Assembly: GCA_049840655.1 (NCBI GenBank) | Contig: JASGJX010000049.1 | Location: 143,570-207,569, forward strand | Direction: 5' to 3' | Length of the DNA: 64,000 nucleotides | Source of the DNA: Chryseolinea sp. | GTDB lineage: Bacteria; Bacteroidota; Bacteroidia; Cytophagales; Cyclobacteriaceae | Part shown: one piece after another, positions 61,782 to 64,000 of the stretch | Position numbering within the stretch: position 1 is the first letter of the stretch | Layout: each line of letters starts with the position of its first letter | Program-made: the position numbers and the translations under genes | Notes under the pieces: model-generated | Seen by the model: only the letters and a program-made list of their open reading frames with translations | Told to the model about the DNA's origin: nothing | Database searches by the model: none

Positions 61782-62372
61782 TCAATTTCCAATCCTCACT
61801 CGCCCCTTAATATCATATCGGACGGTATCGTCCATAAACATCTTCTGCCCGCCAGATATTGAATAGGTTGTCATGACGGGAATGCCATTCACATTGTCAA
61901 ATTCCATGGAAAGCAACCGGCTTGTCCTGAACAGGCCGTTGGCTTCAGTGTATGAAGCTTCGATCTTACGGATGTTCGACAGCTTTCCCTGATAATAAAG
62001 ATTAACATACGAGATCGGCAAATCGTCCGAAGTCCCGAATGACCTGATGCGTAAGTTGCTGCGCGTGTCTGCCGATTCCGTTGTCTTGTACCGATCACGA
62101 TTGATGGGTTTGTTAATGGACTCCATCACTCCGAAGACCTCCAGTTCACGCAACCAACCAACAGTGTCTTGGGGAGTCAGCGATACTTTTTCCTTCTTTG
62201 TTCCAAGCACCACTTCCTTATCAATCGTTGCATGCATACTTGTAAGCTGAGACGCCTGCGCATGAAGCAAGCTATCTACAGCAAACATACCATGTCCCTT
62301 TTTTGCAGGAGGAGCACACATCGACAAAAGCAGAAGCGAGCACGCCGCAAATGATCGTGCTACAAGGGACAC
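61782..62372 (-). CDS. Hypothetical lipoprotein
   Basis: Probable GTG start, LLLLSM-C lipobox-like signal. Confidence 0.6.
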   Translation of the reverse strand: MSLVARSFAACSLLLLSMCAPPAKKGHGMFAVDSLLHAQASQLTSMHATIDKEVVLGTKKEKVSLTPQDTVGWLRELEVFGVMESINKPINRDRYKTTESADTRSNLRIRSFGTSDDLPISYVNLYYQGKLSNIRKIEASYTEANGLFRTSRLLSMEFDNVNGIPVMTTYSISGGQKMFMDDTVRYDIKGRVRIGN

Positions 62373-62397
62373 ATAGCCCTTCCGATATAAAGCAAGT

Positions 62398-63924
62398 CTA
62401 TTTGTCAACCAATACATTTCCGGTCATCTGCGGAGGCACAGGTACTCCCATCAATGTGAGGATTGTCGGAGCGAGGTCTCCTAACTTTCCATCCTTAATC
62501 TTTCCTTTATAAGTATCGTCCACCAGGATACAGGGTACGAGGTTGGTCGTGTGGGCCGTGTTCGGAGATCCATCCTCGTTTCGCATAAGTTCAGCATTGC
62601 CGTGGTCGGCGATGATGATGGTAGCATATCCATTCTTTAATGCGGCACCAACAACGGCTTCAGCACATGCATCAACTGTTTCACAGGCCTTCACGGCTGC
62701 CTCGAATACCCCGGTATGTCCAACCATATCAGGGTTGGCAAAATTGAGACAGATAAAATCAGGCTCCTTCTTATTCAATTCAACTATGATCTTGTCCTTG
62801 ATCTCATTTGCACTCATCTCCGGCGCAAGATCGTACGTGGCTACCTTTGGCGAAGGACAAAGTATCCGTGTCTCTCCTGGAAAGGGCTCTTCACGTCCGC
62901 CCGAAAAGAAGAACGTGACGTGAGGATACTTCTCAGTCTCTGCAATCCGGATTTGCTTCTTGCCGGCATCAGAGACAACCTCTCCCAACGTCTTGTCGAG
63001 ATTGTCTTTCGTAAAGATCACTTTCACTCCGGCAAACGATTCATCGTATATCGTGAGTGTTATATAATAGAGTGAAAGCTTGCGCATGTCGTGATCAGGA
63101 AAATCCTGCTGCGTCAGCACCTGAGTGATCTCGCGTCCGCGATCAGTCCTGAAATTGAAGCACAATACGACGTCGCCTTCCGCGATCGTGGCTACCGGTT
63201 GACCGGATGCTGATGTTACTACAATCGGCTTGATAAACTCATCCGTTACGTTTGCATCGTACGCTGCCTGAACTGCGCCCAGAGGGTCCGTTGTTTTCTG
63301 ACCAACACCCTTCACCAAAAGATCATAGGCAAGTTTCACACGCTCCCAACGCTTGTCCCGATCCATCGAATAATATCGACCGATGATGCTGGCAAGCTTG
63401 CCGGTGGTTTTCGACATGTGTTGCGTGAGATCTTTGAGAAAACCAAGTCCACTTTTGGGATCCGTATCACGACCATCTGTAAAAGCGTGTACAAACAGAT
63501 TCGATACCTTGTTGTTGTTGGCTATCGTTAACAGACCTTTCAAATGCTCGATGTGCGAATGCACGCCGCCATCGGAAACCAGGCCTATTAAGTGAACGCT
63601 TTTGTTGTTTTTCTTAGCGTATGCAAAAGCATCCAGCAGGACCGGATTGGTGTCAAGTTCCTTATCTTCAATGGCCTTGTTGATGCGAACCAGATCCTGG
63701 TATACAACCCGGCCTGCGCCAATGTTCATGTGGCCGACCTCAGAGTTACCCATCTGCCCATCCGGCAATCCGACGGCTAAACCCGATGCCTGGAGCTTAC
63801 TATTGGTGTATTTTGGGTATAATGAGTTAATGAATGGAGTCTTCGCTTGGTCTACGGCGGAAACTGCTTTGTTTTTAGCGATACCCCAGCCGTCGAGGAT
63901 CATCAGAAGCACTTTTTTATTCAT
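62398..63924 (-). CDS. gpmI: 2,3-bisphosphoglycerate-independent phosphoglycerate mutase
   Basis: ILDGWG, MGNSEVGH, SDGGVHS, NPDMVGHTG, ADHGNA. Confidence 0.97.
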   Translation of the reverse strand: MNKKVLLMILDGWGIAKNKAVSAVDQAKTPFINSLYPKYTNSKLQASGLAVGLPDGQMGNSEVGHMNIGAGRVVYQDLVRINKAIEDKELDTNPVLLDAFAYAKKNNKSVHLIGLVSDGGVHSHIEHLKGLLTIANNNKVSNLFVHAFTDGRDTDPKSGLGFLKDLTQHMSKTTGKLASIIGRYYSMDRDKRWERVKLAYDLLVKGVGQKTTDPLGAVQAAYDANVTDEFIKPIVVTSASGQPVATIAEGDVVLCFNFRTDRGREITQVLTQQDFPDHDMRKLSLYYITLTIYDESFAGVKVIFTKDNLDKTLGEVVSDAGKKQIRIAETEKYPHVTFFFSGGREEPFPGETRILCPSPKVATYDLAPEMSANEIKDKIIVELNKKEPDFICLNFANPDMVGHTGVFEAAVKACETVDACAEAVVGAALKNGYATIIIADHGNAELMRNEDGSPNTAHTTNLVPCILVDDTYKGKIKDGKLGDLAPTILTLMGVPVPPQMTGNVLVDK

Positions 63925-64000
63925 GGCCACAGAGAATTGGTGATGGATAGATTTATGTCAGGAATCAGGGCGCAAATATAGTCGATTGCATGATTGGATG

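Overview
Core chromosomal segment of a Bacteroidota bacterium, most likely Cytophagales (TAnnTTTG -7 promoter boxes, MurF-Alr fusion, group II GGGP synthase, T9SS-type domain). It holds about 55 mostly housekeeping CDS (gltX, metK, corA, feoAB, purKE, gpmI and others) and two tRNAs. No CRISPR array, prophage or transposase was seen. The most notable features are: (1) a four-helix-bundle (23S-IVS/Avd-like) gene enclosed by a 44-bp inverted repeat that abuts tRNA-Gly and tRNA-Leu; (2) short 7-8-nt repeat arrays, often about 5 units, placed just 3' of tRNAs and stop codons and oriented with transcription; (3) a type III PKS / methyltransferase / UbiA / MFS / flavoprotein cluster resembling a prenylated alkylhydroquinone pathway; (4) tandem copies of gene 3' ends at convergent junctions; (5) about ten frameshifts, two of them at an identical 15-mer, which points to motif-specific sequencing error. 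All product calls are by motif recognition, not database search.
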